A model generated the notes under the pieces. The model saw nothing but the letters and a program-made list of their open reading frames with translations. It had not been told where the DNA came from and did not search any database. A stretch of DNA of 64,000 nucleotides from Flectonema sp. DT1601 (Eukaryota). Both the position numbers and the translations under genes were made by a program. Of the stretch, positions 31,203 through 43,231 are shown piece by piece. Each line of letters begins with the position of its first letter. The first letter of the stretch is position 1. The stretch is from positions 310,001 to 374,000 of the forward strand of contig OZ025798.1 in assembly GCA_964019425.1 (NCBI GenBank), written 5' to 3'.

Positions 31203-32069
31203 TTAAGGATGACGCCAATTCGGACCTTTCAGCTGCGGTTTAGGTTTCCAAAGCCCCAAAGTCTGGTTGCGTTCAGCAACAGTTTTTGGCAAAGAACACC
31301 AGAGACCTTTACTAGTTTGTGCAACCCTGTCAACACAAACTGCTTCTTCACGATTAACCTTCTGGGGTTTCTTAATAACTGGATTGCTTACTGTGTTGGT
31401 AACAACTCGAAGTGGTTGAATGTTATATTCCTCAGCTTGCACACCTGCAAGAGACTCAAACTTATGAATTGACGACTCCAATGTCCCGCACAAATCTGTT
31501 ATATGTGGACTTCGAAGAAGCTGCTTACTTACAGGGGCGGCGGGTTGAGGTGATTGTTTAAACGGTTTTTGAAGTTTCCGGGCAACGTTAATACGCTCAG
31601 AAACATTAGCAAGAAACTCATCAGTGCTTGAGGCATCTCGGATACGATTATCAAGCAATGACAAGACTGAATTAGCCTTATCTATGTCACTACTGACCAA
31701 TATAACTGATGGCTGTGGAGATGGTGGAGGTGGAGGTGGTGATACAGTTGTCAATTCACCAACATCCATGTAGTCTGATGGTCTAGTTAGTACTGGCATT
31801 TGATTTCCTAATGGTTGCGTGTATTTGATGTGATTTAATTCATTTCGTCGTATTCCTATTTCTACCTCTTCAACGCCTAACGTTGAAGCAATAATATCAG
31901 TCAGGTTGGTAACTTCTTTTTTATTTATAGTCATGAGTTGTTTTCCTATAATATTGCTGAAGTGTTTCCTAAGAACGGAATCGTGGTTCACGTTTTTTAT
32001 AATTAAATTTTTCTCAAACTCAACTCCGAGATCCTCCACTGCCGTTTTCTCAACGACAATATATTCCAT
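31203..32069 (-). CDS. Hypothetical protein with degenerate N-terminal PDZ-like domain and poly-Pro tract
   Basis: EDLGVEFEKNLIIKNVNHDS...GKQLMTINKKEVTNLTDI fits a PDZ pattern. Confidence 0.65.
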   Translation of the reverse strand: MEYIVVEKTAVEDLGVEFEKNLIIKNVNHDSVLRKHFSNIIGKQLMTINKKEVTNLTDIIASTLGVEEVEIGIRRNELNHIKYTQPLGNQMPVLTRPSDYMDVGELTTVSPPPPPPSPQPSVILVSSDIDKANSVLSLLDNRIRDASSTDEFLANVSERINVARKLQKPFKQSPQPAAPVSKQLLRSPHITDLCGTLESSIHKFESLAGVQAEEYNIQPLRVVTNTVSNPVIKKPQKVNREEAVCVDRVAQTSKGLWCSLPKTVAERNQTLGLWKPKPQLKGPNWRHP

Positions 32070-32738
32070 TATTTTATTCTATTTTTTTTTTTTTTTTTTA
32101 AATTTGTATGGTATCTTGATGAGGGAAAGAAAATTGAGTTCGTATTAATAATCAAATCTTTTATCATAAAAATTGATAAAATATTAACAAAATCTTTCTA
32201 TTTGACATGTTAACAAATAGCTGTAGTGATTGTAACCAACCGTCATATTCTTATCAAACGACTCCATAACTCCATTTTTTTTTTTTTTAATTTGTGTAGG
32301 TATCCTGATGATGATAGAAAAGAACACGCTTTTGATTCAAAAAAACACAAAATAATAAATCCTTCACCAACACGAGACTTGTTTAAATAGAGATCCCTTC
32401 AAAAAAAAACAGTATCGAAAAACTGAAGAAACGATTTTTTTTCTTCTTTTTTCTGAAGGGAAGTGAGAGATTTTTTTTTGGTTGTAAAAAAACCAACATG
32501 TTTAATAAATAAGTTAGGATTCGAAGAAAGAAGAAGGACATCGATAAAATCTCAATCTCGGTTGTCTCTAAAATTGTTTTCAGGGTTTCTCCGATGAAAC
32601 AAGTAAAAGAGAACTTAGATATTTATCAGTTCGGCAGCTGGCCTTTTTATAAAAGCAAAAAAAAAAAAAAAAAATGTCCGATTTAGGCAAGCAGAGAAGA
32701 GTGATTGAGTACGGTAGACTCCCTTGAGTTAGTTGTCT

Positions 32739-33434
32739 TCACAAGATAGCTTTGTATGGTTCGTAGGTGTAGTACTTCGGTGAGGTGTCTAAACGAAAAT
32801 GTAACCAAGAAACTCCAAGTCCACTGGTACTCATCCACAGGTGCTTTGAAGTAGTTGTTTTTTTAAGTGCTTCAAACCCAACTGTCTTCCAAAAATCCAT
32901 CACCTGTTCATCAAGAACACAGCTGGCATTAGTTCCAATCAAACGTAACAAGTGTGGATAACATTTAGTATCAGAGTGCTCACAAGGTACAATTAGTTGA
33001 GCGTCCTTATTGTAGGTTGGAAAGGTTGTCACCATCTTATCAATACAATATGAATTAAAATCATTTGAAGGAGGTCTCGAATCCAGATGTGTGCCGGAGG
33101 CATCTAATATTGCGAACTCGAACCTATTATCGAGTACAACCATTGGTGTTTCAAAGAACACAGCTTTATATCTATTCTCATTTGCAATTCGACGAACTTG
33201 TTCTACGATTTCCTCAACTGCCCAGGAACCTTCAGATAACGATAGTAGTGCTTCTCTAACAGTTCTTCTGTAGATGCATTTAAATCCAACTGCTCCTTTT
33301 CCTTGTTCTACAGGTTTACATATTGAGGAATTGATTCCCCAGGGAATTGATTCTAGAGAAGCCACACGATCCCACGTCACAGCTAATAGTATCAACAACA
33401 CTACTGCTGCAGTCATTTTGCGAAAGGTATTCAT
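32739..33434 (-). CDS. DUF6940-like protein with N-terminal signal/anchor
   Basis: AVFFETP and C-terminal WMSTSGLGVSWLHFRLDTSPKYY motif (family name from memory). Hydrophobic N-terminus. Confidence 0.65.
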   Translation of the reverse strand: MNTFRKMTAAVVLLILLAVTWDRVASLESIPWGINSSICKPVEQGKGAVGFKCIYRRTVREALLSLSEGSWAVEEIVEQVRRIANENRYKAVFFETPMVVLDNRFEFAILDASGTHLDSRPPSNDFNSYCIDKMVTTFPTYNKDAQLIVPCEHSDTKCYPHLLRLIGTNASCVLDEQVMDFWKTVGFEALKKTTTSKHLWMSTSGLGVSWLHFRLDTSPKYYTYEPYKAIL

Positions 33435-34227
33435 TGTACCTACCTGTTAGCAAAGATGGGAGTTTTTTTTTTTAATTCGACTTTGCTTCCGCCCTACCAG
33501 ATCTTTCTCTCTGCGCTCACCTCCTGTTTTGAGGAAAAAAAAAATGCTGCTTTTACTACATTACTTCGTGGATACAATACTTTTCTGTTTTTATGTTTTT
33601 TTTTATTTTCCCGTTGAAAAAACAACAACAAAATAAAACAAGAAAAAAAAGCTTGGACGGGGGTGAAAACTACTTTAAATTCTCAGAGCATTGAAGTCGG
33701 GTTCCAATAAACAGTGTATCAAATGAGAAGAAGTCGACACAATCAGGGAATACACGCACCCACAGCACTACAAAAAAAAGTTGTATATAAAAAAACGTTT
33801 GCAAACATCAAGCACTCTCTGCAAATAAAAGGTCTCCTGATGCGACGAGTGAGAATCGAACACAAGACTGTGGGATTTCAACTCTCATCTGGAGTCCGAA
33901 TATTAATAATTTCCAAAGTTTCCTAAAACAGAATAATAGGATCGTTTACTAATACACGCACGACGCCAGTTTGTTACGCACCCCCACAAAGAGAAATAAC
34001 AAAACATCTATTCGGACACGTCGTTAGAACACATAAATCAAAGTTAGCCTCCTTCTATTGAATGCTTTATAGAAGTTGGCAGTTGGAAAGATTTCGATTT
34101 CACAAGAAAAAGAGAGAGAGACTATGAAATCGAAAGGAGAGAGCAACACATAGATCATTTAGGCGATATTTTTTTTTCTCACGTTATCTCATGGTAAAAA
34201 AACCTAATAAACACCCAGTGTCAGACA

Positions 34228-35832
34228 CTAACATCCAGGAACATCACAGTGAGGACCCCCAGAACCTTTACCGTATGATCTCCATTTTTTGTCGGCACAA
34301 GTCTTGTCACACTTTCCTACAAGTGCCGGTGGAGAACATCTACCTCCTGGTCCAGGGATGGGACCTGTCCATCCACTGCAATCTCTAGTAGTGAGAACAG
34401 TGTGGTTTAACTTCGCCCAAAGCTCATTGACAAGTTCCATATTTTCCATTGCAATGTTGTTATGTTCTCCCTCATCAGCTCTTACATCAAATAAACATGG
34501 AAGTCTTCCATTACCTGGTAGATGACTCTCTGATGGAGGCAAGTCTTGATAGTTACAAGGCCACGAGTCGTTAGGAGCAGCAATCCAAGTTCCGTTTGGT
34601 TGTTTCCATCCGTTATTTTGATTTTTGAAAAATGGCTGTGAGACAACAAGCTTGTACTTACCAGAAAGGATTACCTCCTTGGAGAGGACCAGATCAGCAT
34701 GAGCAGAACTGATGTTGTAATTATTTTTATTTATAATCATATCCCAAACATTTGTTCCATCAAGAGGAGGGAACGAGTCATCTCCGTAAATATTTTTCTC
34801 CGGGTTTGAAGGATCCACAGGAAGTGGAGCAACTGGTGGGTTGTCAGTACCATCTACAGAAGCTAAGTGACAGAAAGTTGGATACCAATCAACAATATGA
34901 AAATTAAAGTTATTTTTACTACCTCTGAGACTTTTCGGAATGTACCCTCCGCTGATAAAAGTAGCAGTTCGCAAACCTCCTTCCCAGTTGCTGTGTTTTT
35001 CACCTCTCAATGGATAATTAATACCATCAATAATACCACCGTTATCAGAAGTGTAAACAATTAGAGTATTGTCGTACATGTTTTTATTCTCCTTCAGAGC
35101 ATTGACTATTCTACCCACCTGAACATCAGCATCCCATAACATACCGTGATAAACAGTAGTCTCAGGGTTTCCTGGAACAGGATTATAAGGCTCATGAACT
35201 GCCTGAAATGCCAGATACATAAAAAAAGGAATAGACGTGTCGTGTTTCTCAATAGCTCTGATCGCTAATTCTCCATACAAATTACTGCTGTAGGTTGTTG
35301 GGTGGCAATCTTGAGGTCTATTGGTCCATTCGTTGTCAGTAATTGCCGGGTGTACATTTTGCCACTTATCATCAGAAGTGTACTGTTGAGCTCCAGTTAG
35401 ATATCCAAAGAATTCATCAAAACCATTATTAACAGCCAAGTGATTCATTGATTCGTATCCTGTGTGACCTTTACCATACCAGTGAGTGTTGTAACCTACT
35501 GATTTCAACTTTTTAGAAATCCAAGTCATGCGGAGATCGATATCATCACTTGTAACGTTACTTAATTGTTCTCCATGATGGATTGGTAGTCTTCCTGAGA
35601 GGAATGATCGTCTTGTTGGACTACAATGCCAATGGGTATAATGATTGGTTAAGATTACACCATCTTCAGCCAACTTCGTAAGATTCGATGTATAACTGCG
35701 AGCATTATCGTTGTTGAAACCGACATCGTACATTCCCATATCATCTTGTAAAATCATTATAATGTGAGGTTTGTCAGATCCAAGAGCTACAGACGCAAAG
35801 GTCGATAACATCAACGCGCATCCGCGAAACAT
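34228..35832 (-). CDS. Secreted/lysosomal arylsulfatase (formylglycine-dependent S1 sulfatase, ARSB-like)
   Basis: Signal peptide, QDDMG, CSPTRRSFLSGR (CxPxR), GKGH, AVHEP, SDNGG, PLRGEKHSNWEGG. Confidence 0.92.
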   Translation of the reverse strand: MFRGCALMLSTFASVALGSDKPHIIMILQDDMGMYDVGFNNDNARSYTSNLTKLAEDGVILTNHYTHWHCSPTRRSFLSGRLPIHHGEQLSNVTSDDIDLRMTWISKKLKSVGYNTHWYGKGHTGYESMNHLAVNNGFDEFFGYLTGAQQYTSDDKWQNVHPAITDNEWTNRPQDCHPTTYSSNLYGELAIRAIEKHDTSIPFFMYLAFQAVHEPYNPVPGNPETTVYHGMLWDADVQVGRIVNALKENKNMYDNTLIVYTSDNGGIIDGINYPLRGEKHSNWEGGLRTATFISGGYIPKSLRGSKNNFNFHIVDWYPTFCHLASVDGTDNPPVAPLPVDPSNPEKNIYGDDSFPPLDGTNVWDMIINKNNYNISSAHADLVLSKEVILSGKYKLVVSQPFFKNQNNGWKQPNGTWIAAPNDSWPCNYQDLPPSESHLPGNGRLPCLFDVRADEGEHNNIAMENMELVNELWAKLNHTVLTTRDCSGWTGPIPGPGGRCSPPALVGKCDKTCADKKWRSYGKGSGGPHCDVPGC

Positions 35833-36061
35833 TTTAATATTTAGTAACTATTTCGTTGAGAAATTGATTAATAAAAATGCTCTCATCTATGTTTCTTCTT
35901 CTTTTTTTTTTTTTTTGCAACAAAAGTATAAGTACTCACAAAAACGAAAGGTCAGCCATGTGTCGGCAGATGCTAGGGTGTGCCTTGAGTCACTGAAATT
36001 AGTGCTTCTACCCCTACCGGAAGTAACTCTTGTTTTTTTTTTTTTTTTGGGTTTTTGTTGA

Positions 36062-36093
<32 letters not shown>

Positions 36094-36604
36094 GTTGCAA
36101 TTTTTGTGTACTCACAAAAATACCTCAACAAAGAACATCAAATATCACACGAGCAACACTGACTCGTGTTATTCAACTAACTTTGTGAGGACAAGCAGGT
36201 CCGTATCCACAGACGCTTGTTGCAAGAGGCTAGTGGGGGTACAGAGTTATCACACCAGTAAGTCTTGTAAAGGAGGAGATTAAACCACAACCACAAACGA
36301 TGAATGAAACCAAAACGAAAAAAAAAGGAATGCCGCCTTGAAAAAAGGATACAATGGCATTAGTCCAAGAAATCAAATTTATTGTTTTTGTTGATTTTAA
36401 CAATAAGATACGAAACACACTTTAGTTTTTTTTAAGTTTTTTTTTTTTTTCCCCCTCTTTATTTTTTTTTCTACTTCATTAATTTTTTTTTTTTTTTTTT
36501 GTTCTCGTTATGAAGTCATTCATATGACGATAGTATTCGGTCAGCGGTCAACGAAAAAAAGATTTGAGTGTTTTAACATACAAAACGAATATTCAGATAT
36601 TGTA

Positions 36605-39331
36605 CTACTTTCCCTTGTGCTCATCTAGTACTTTTTTAACTTTTAATCGAATTTCGTCTGCCTCTGCCTTAACATCAGCAGTTTCATTGAATTCCTCAAG
36701 TCTTTCAATTGTTAGAGGCATTCTGTTGAATGGATTTGTATTGTCATTTAAGAGATGTTGGGTTATTACTTTACGCTCACACCATTCTCCTGATTCAGGG
36801 AGCTTGAGAGGATCAAGAAGAGGACAAGTCATGATTGGATCTAACAAATGATCAGGAAAGTCAATATCAGAAAGATCAATCGCCGCATGAAGCTCTTTAA
36901 ATCTTGCGAACGCTCGTTGCATTTGAAGCACATCAGTTGGATCTAATGTCAGAGTCCCTGACTTCTCCGTTACGAATTGTAAGATTTCATCAAATTTTTC
37001 TGGTGAATAACTTCTCGTATCTTCTACAACACTCGTCTCAAATAAATGACTCTTTTCAGCATTAAATAAACAAACAAAACTCTTGATAATCTGATGTAGT
37101 AACTTAGGATGATCAAAATTATGTTTTTCTCTATTATTAACTCGGAGTTGTTTGACGTCTGATCCAAGTTCTACCAAGAAGAAATTAAGCATGCATGTTA
37201 GCTTGTCTACTAAAGCAGGATCGAGAAAGGCATTCGGAGTATCTTTTATTAGCATGTGGACAAGTGAAACTGCCTCATTCGCAAGCTGCATGTATTCTGA
37301 GCATCGCTCAGATGCTTCGTTATGAGATTGCTCCATTGATTGTCTGTCAGGACTAGACATTGCAGCCCATTTTTCAGGTTGTTTTTGAAGTTCTTCATAG
37401 ACGTGAATTTTTCTAATCTTTTTTACTGCTTCAGATAAAAGCCAATTCGCATCGTTTAACATCATGTTGAAAAATTTTACGAATCTAACATCTGTCTTTT
37501 TACTACAAACTAACAAAACAGATCTAAAAATAGGCTGTCTGTATAAGTGTTGAATCAGAACTGATGTGTAATATCGGTACACGAATTTTTCAAAAAATTG
37601 ATTTGAACCCCCGAGGGATTCTAAATCAACGTACGACTTCATGATTGAAGGTATAAGTAGTTTACAACAGCTGTCACTGTCTTCTAATTGCTGAGTTAGT
37701 AGCTTTATAACTTGATCTCGTGGGGCAGCTTGGATAGCTCCTCTGTGATCAGTCGAGGTTCTTAACAACGAATGCATTGCCTGAATATGCAATGCCCTCG
37801 TATAAGGATTTCTTATGGAATCATCGCTGCTCATAAATATACTAAAATAGGACAACACGTTTGAAAAATCCAATCCTTCGGAGAAAGCAGACGACATTAC
37901 AGATGTTCCAAGCCATGACGATGTCGTACAAAGATTAATTAAAATATATTCAGGGATTATCTTCCATGATGAAGGAGGTTCTTGTGGTAGTGTTGCGGTT
38001 TTATGATCGTATTGACTTGTTTCTATCAACCACTTTGAGGTAAATTCAAGAAACTTGACAATAGAAATTGAAAAAGAAGAAGGTATCTGTTGCAGTGTTT
38101 CCAGAGAAAGGAGCATTCGTACATCTGAATTTAATCTTTCTTCTAATGATCTTGCCATGTCTCCGATATTTTCAGCAAATTCTGTCAGTCTAAATAACCT
38201 TCCAAACGATTGTCTTTTTTTCTCAGTTTGTTTAATGCATGAATGCAATGAAACTTCCAATGCGTGTAGGCAGAGGAAGAAAATTTCACAGCTGGCTGAA
38301 AATGGTTTTTGATCATCCTCTGACAAGAGTTCTTTTATAAAAGAAGCATCAGCTACAACTCGAGCTTCGTCAGACGCGTATACAATTCTTGAAGACTTTG
38401 ATATCGTGTATTCAGGACGGAGTTGAGCTATTGCATCTGTCTTTCCATATAAAGGTTCCATTAATTGTAATAAAACAGCAAAAACTGTAAACACCGACGT
38501 GTATGATGAGAAGCTAAGCTGCTCAAAATCTGGAGGCATTTCCTTCCTCATATCTGAATGTAAGTTTAAAACATGTTCAAATAGACGCAACGCACCAGAA
38601 CGTAAGTCCGGATATTGATTTGGATCTTTTGTTAAAAAACTTTTCTTCAATATAGCACACACTCTATTGTGATAAATATGTTGAGTTGTTGGACCAAGGG
38701 ATGTTGGATCTGTTAAGCGACCTTTTATTACGGGGAATCTCTTTATTGGATTTACTGTTTCGTGATCGAGAAAAGGACCCATTAGGGAACCAGAAATGAA
38801 CTCCGCTGGAGTACTACCAGAGACCCAAATTGGTGATTGAGCAGCAGCCTGAGCGATTTCTGGTGTTTGAAATAATATCTCGATCGATTTCAACTCTTCA
38901 GGGTAGTCTCCACTACCTGTTTTTCTGTTCTCACTTTGACTCTCTGAAATTGCCTTAAACATAGGAGTGAACCATAAAACCCTTTCCTGCTCACTTAAAC
39001 TCTTAGCTAGTTCCACAAGCATTGGTCGAATTTCAGGCTGTAGAGGCAGCAAGAGGGGCTTATTACGCACAACTGCATCAGTAGCTGCGAACAAATAATT
39101 ATTTTTCGGATTCAATGACGATTTGGTCATGCAAATCGCTAACTCTTTTTCTTCTTCATGTCTTGCTTTTCTAAATAATTCTTTTATTAATTCACCTGTG
39201 CGTTGTCCTCGGAAACACTCTTCTTGAAAAAGTAATTCGAAGGCTTGTCCTTCTGTGAGGGTTTGTTGTCCCTTCGTGTTTTCTACCAACTGTTTTGCTT
39301 TACGTCGGAGTGTAATGACATTAGCACTCAT
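36605..39331 (-). CDS. UFD2: Ubiquitin conjugation factor E4 (U-box)
   Basis: IRNPYTRA, NQFFEKFVYRY, FVKFFNMMLNDANWLLSE, and C-terminal U-box PDHLLDPIM..DP...ERKVITQHLL..TNPFNRMPLT. Confidence 0.92.
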   Translation of the reverse strand: MSANVITLRRKAKQLVENTKGQQTLTEGQAFELLFQEECFRGQRTGELIKELFRKARHEEEKELAICMTKSSLNPKNNYLFAATDAVVRNKPLLLPLQPEIRPMLVELAKSLSEQERVLWFTPMFKAISESQSENRKTGSGDYPEELKSIEILFQTPEIAQAAAQSPIWVSGSTPAEFISGSLMGPFLDHETVNPIKRFPVIKGRLTDPTSLGPTTQHIYHNRVCAILKKSFLTKDPNQYPDLRSGALRLFEHVLNLHSDMRKEMPPDFEQLSFSSYTSVFTVFAVLLQLMEPLYGKTDAIAQLRPEYTISKSSRIVYASDEARVVADASFIKELLSEDDQKPFSASCEIFFLCLHALEVSLHSCIKQTEKKRQSFGRLFRLTEFAENIGDMARSLEERLNSDVRMLLSLETLQQIPSSFSISIVKFLEFTSKWLIETSQYDHKTATLPQEPPSSWKIIPEYILINLCTTSSWLGTSVMSSAFSEGLDFSNVLSYFSIFMSSDDSIRNPYTRALHIQAMHSLLRTSTDHRGAIQAAPRDQVIKLLTQQLEDSDSCCKLLIPSIMKSYVDLESLGGSNQFFEKFVYRYYTSVLIQHLYRQPIFRSVLLVCSKKTDVRFVKFFNMMLNDANWLLSEAVKKIRKIHVYEELQKQPEKWAAMSSPDRQSMEQSHNEASERCSEYMQLANEAVSLVHMLIKDTPNAFLDPALVDKLTCMLNFFLVELGSDVKQLRVNNREKHNFDHPKLLHQIIKSFVCLFNAEKSHLFETSVVEDTRSYSPEKFDEILQFVTEKSGTLTLDPTDVLQMQRAFARFKELHAAIDLSDIDFPDHLLDPIMTCPLLDPLKLPESGEWCERKVITQHLLNDNTNPFNRMPLTIERLEEFNETADVKAEADEIRLKVKKVLDEHKGK

Positions 39332-40558
39332 CTTGTGTGGATTCTATGTTTGGATGAAAAAAATAAATTTAGTAAAAAACAGAAATTTAAAAAAATACCA
39401 CCGAAGTTATACTCAGAGGGCATGCTCTGCCCTGTATTTTCCGTTCTATTTTTTTCTATGGTAAACTGAGGTAGACATTTAATACCTCAAATCCGATTTT
39501 TTTTTTTAATTTTATTCTTTTTTTCTATTTTTTTATTTCGTTACTTTCCCAAGTCACTTTATTATTATTATTATTTTTTTTTTTTTTTTTTTCTTCTACT
39601 TCAGGGAATTTCCGCTCGTTTTTTTTTTTTTTTTTTTTTTTTTTCAACCAGATGTCAATCTAACTGCCAGCGGCATCACTCACTCTTTCTTCATATCTTG
39701 ATGAAGTTCACAAAAAAGAGAACTGTGCTACCGTTGTAAACCTGCTACGGGTTATAAACACGGAATTAGTTTTCACACGTTTTCTATCAAAAATGTGAAC
39801 GAAAAAAATAGCATTCAAAATAAGGAAAAGGGGAACACCGCTGTACAGTCAGCACGATAACTGGATACGGTCATACAGAATGAATCTAAAAGGGGGAGGA
39901 GGTGCTATTGTTTAGTTATTTTATTTTATTTTGTTGGCAACGTCTCGTGTCAATGGAAAAGAAGAAAAGAGGAAAAACACACACACCGTCCGATTTCATA
40001 CCTTCAAAAAAGGGCAAAAAGAGAGTATTTTCCCTGAAAAAAAAAACACAAACACAAACCAAAAAAGACCGTTGAGCCTGTTTTTTTGCATGCTGACACT
40101 CGCAAAACGGCTTCGTGCTTCACAGCAAGTGAACAACGCTCTCCGAGCAAAAAAGAATTTTACCTTAAGCACATAGATAGATAAGGAAGTCTATTACATT
40201 TTACGCACCTCTGAAACAGCAAACCAATGGAGTATCGGTACCTGGACCCTCCATCTTATTAGGATTGTTATGGTATGCACGACATCCTGAACACAGTATG
40301 CTGAATGTAAAAGTTGAATACTTTATTGTGTTACACACACTTGCTAAGTAAAGAAAAAGAGATAGCTGTTTGTACTCAAGACTGTAATCCAAGAAAAAGG
40401 GTTTCACTTTTTTTTTTCACCTAGTATAAAATGGTCGTGTTCGGAAAAAGAAAGAAAGATAAAAAAGCTTTTACATAACCTAGTCTATGAAAGATAAAAA
40501 AAAAAAACAACATAGCCGAAAAATCAAAAGACTACTAAAAAAAAAAAAATAATCGAGG

Positions 40559-43078
40559 CTATGTGTTGCTTCCCTTAACTGGATCCTCAGCACTGCCAAT
40601 AAGTTCCTTTACCTCACAAGGTTCGGCGTTTAGCTGCATTGATGTTGTTAGTGATGAAAAAGAATAGTAGCAAAAAATTGATTTTAGTACAAACCTGACA
40701 TGGGACATTATAGTCAACAGTTGCTCCGTCATCTGACATGTCGTAGTAGCCAATATATCTCCAGGACTCTCGTATCTGTTGTTGTTGTTGAGCTTGTATT
40801 ATAGAAAACAAAAACTTAAAAAACAACTATTCTTACACACCTCAGGAGTAACAACGAGGGGTGCTATTCCACGACAATGCTGGTTGCGGTTTCCAGGACT
40901 AGTTTGAATACATAAAACAACATTTTCTCTGTTACGGACTTGTTGTTTTTGTTCTCCAGGATGTTGTCTTAGGATTACGTAATACTCTACTCCTTCTTCA
41001 AGGAGGACAGGTTCTCCTTCCTTTCCAACTTCAAATGCAACTACTTGATGCGCGTACATAAACACGCCGTTATTAGACTGCGCTATGACATCGAACATTG
41101 GCTTCTTTGGTGCTTGGGAGACAATCTCAACTCGAAGTGCGCACATTTCGCGAAGAGGATCGTCTTTGTGTAGCCCACGACGGTCATGCTGAACAGCAAA
41201 AGCAATACACTGACACTTTACTGTCGGTTTGATTTTAAATATGTGTTCTGGACTTCCGTCACTAAATGAAGTTTTGTAACGAATGTCTTGCCAGTATTGG
41301 TTTCTTAAACAGGCTCCACCTCCGTTGAAATATTGCAGACAGTCTTGCCATGCCATCCAGTAGGATCCATCATTTTGGAACATTTGTTCTGGTGTGGCGA
41401 TATCCCATTTGTGTTTTATGTGTTCGAGGACTTCTGGGTACTCTCTCCATTCCTTACTATTGTCAGACCATGCCTTGTTCCACTCTACGGAATTGCCCCA
41501 TGGGTTTCTTATTTGTAGTATTCGATGGGTTACGGTACTCCCACGACGTTCAACATCAATTTTAGCTGCTTTTAAAACTGTGTAAGCATGGCCAGTACCG
41601 AGGCCTACGTCTTCATATTTTGATGCTTTTTCACGGGCTGCTTCTGTTGCTCCACCTCCCATGTAGTCGGAGGCGTCTTCACCTGGAGTTGATAGCCATA
41701 TCATTCTACCATTCTCATCGTAGTTTAGAATCTTTTCGAATAGCTGTTCATTTTCTTTCCAATCAAATGAGATTGTTGGGAATCCTGTGATGTCTGACAT
41801 AGCAACTGCTGGATCTCCTCCACTTATTGCTACGTATGATCCGTGGAGCTTGGCGTAACATTTTTCAAGTATTGCAACCCACATCTCATTAGGTTCCTGT
41901 TTATTCTTAGCAAAGCATGGACCTCCTGGTTCTTGAAGAGGCTGAACAGGAAGGAAAGTGTCGACGATATTCCATTTCCACCATCCGTGTTTCGCAAGTC
42001 GGACTCTGAAGAAACCAGCAGCAAGTTCACGTTTGTGTTGAGCAATATAATCCCCGGCATTACTTCTCATTCGATGATTGTTTCTAAAGATAGGAACGAC
42101 TAATTGCTCTGGTGACTCTGCACATGCAGCAACTGCTGCAAGAAACCAGCAGTCTCCGAGTGCTCCTTGATCGATGTCATCACATTCGATGTCTTTTACG
42201 ATGTGTTCAATCTTTCCTTTATATTCTTCTGGAAGGTAATCTTCAGGTCTCATCCATGCGAGAACTCTTCTTTTACCTTCCCAACTACGACTGATGCTGG
42301 ATTGTTGTGGAGGCCATTTTAAGTCAACGTAATTCTTCCCTTCAGCCATGCACAGATTAACTGCTCGTTCGTCAAAGTCTTCGCTCTCAAGGATACCTGG
42401 TTGTTCGATGTTGACACCTTTAGATACTAAGAACTCTTTGAATTGAGTTATTTCAGTTGCTACCTTTTGCTGAATTCCTTTGGCATTTTCATCTAAGAAT
42501 CTGCTGTCAGTTACAGGACCATAACTGTAAGACAAAGCGTATCCTCCATTCCATTTCCCTTGAACAAATGGAACAGTCTGTCCAGGGAAGATCGTTAGCT
42601 TAAATTGCTCTGCTTGTTGTGTCGCTCGTGGAGGCATCGGTTTCATGTCTTGCTGTGGAAATCTCATCTGAACATCAAATTGTAAGTCAGTCGTGTTGTT
42701 AAAAAGCGCATGCTTAGTCCGTCCCTCAATTGACAAAAAGAATAATCTTCCTTTTGTTTTGGTAAGATCTCGTCTTTCTGCCTTACCCCATACATGGTGG
42801 GGACCTTTCGTAATGCCAGGTGCAGCGAATTGAGTTGCTTCATAGTGATTCAAGATAACATTTTCAGGAAGAGGTACCATTCTATGAAAGGCTAAAAAGG
42901 TACTTTTTGATTCCCATTCTTGAGTTAAACGATAGTCCTTAGCACCGACATCTTGTGATAAAGTCGAAGACAAACATCCAGGATGATTAGTTGCTATGTT
43001 TTTATATTCTACTAAAGTCTTTTCTGGAGTGTTTTCCTCTGCTTTACCAACTACCAGATACACGACATCTCCTGCCAT
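40559..43078 (-). CDS. Calpain-like cysteine peptidase (ABM-like + DUF1935-like + CysPc + domain III), introns 40776-40840 and 40634-40694
   Basis: Intact triad QGALGDCWFL / GHAY / RNPWG. GRLFFL..HALFNNT DUF1935-like segment. Two phase-0 GT-AG introns give ...VTPE|IRESW...VPCQ|LNAEP...GSNT*. Confidence 0.9.
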
Positions 43079-43231
43079 CTTTTAGTTGTGTATTTTCCTC
43101 CGCCCCACCCCTCCTGAGATTGTAACAACAAAATTATTTTATTTTTCTTATCCAAATCATACTCTTTATGAATTTCATTATAGTTGATTGCATTATCTGT
43201 TATTTTGGTACATTAATGTTTTACTTCTTTT

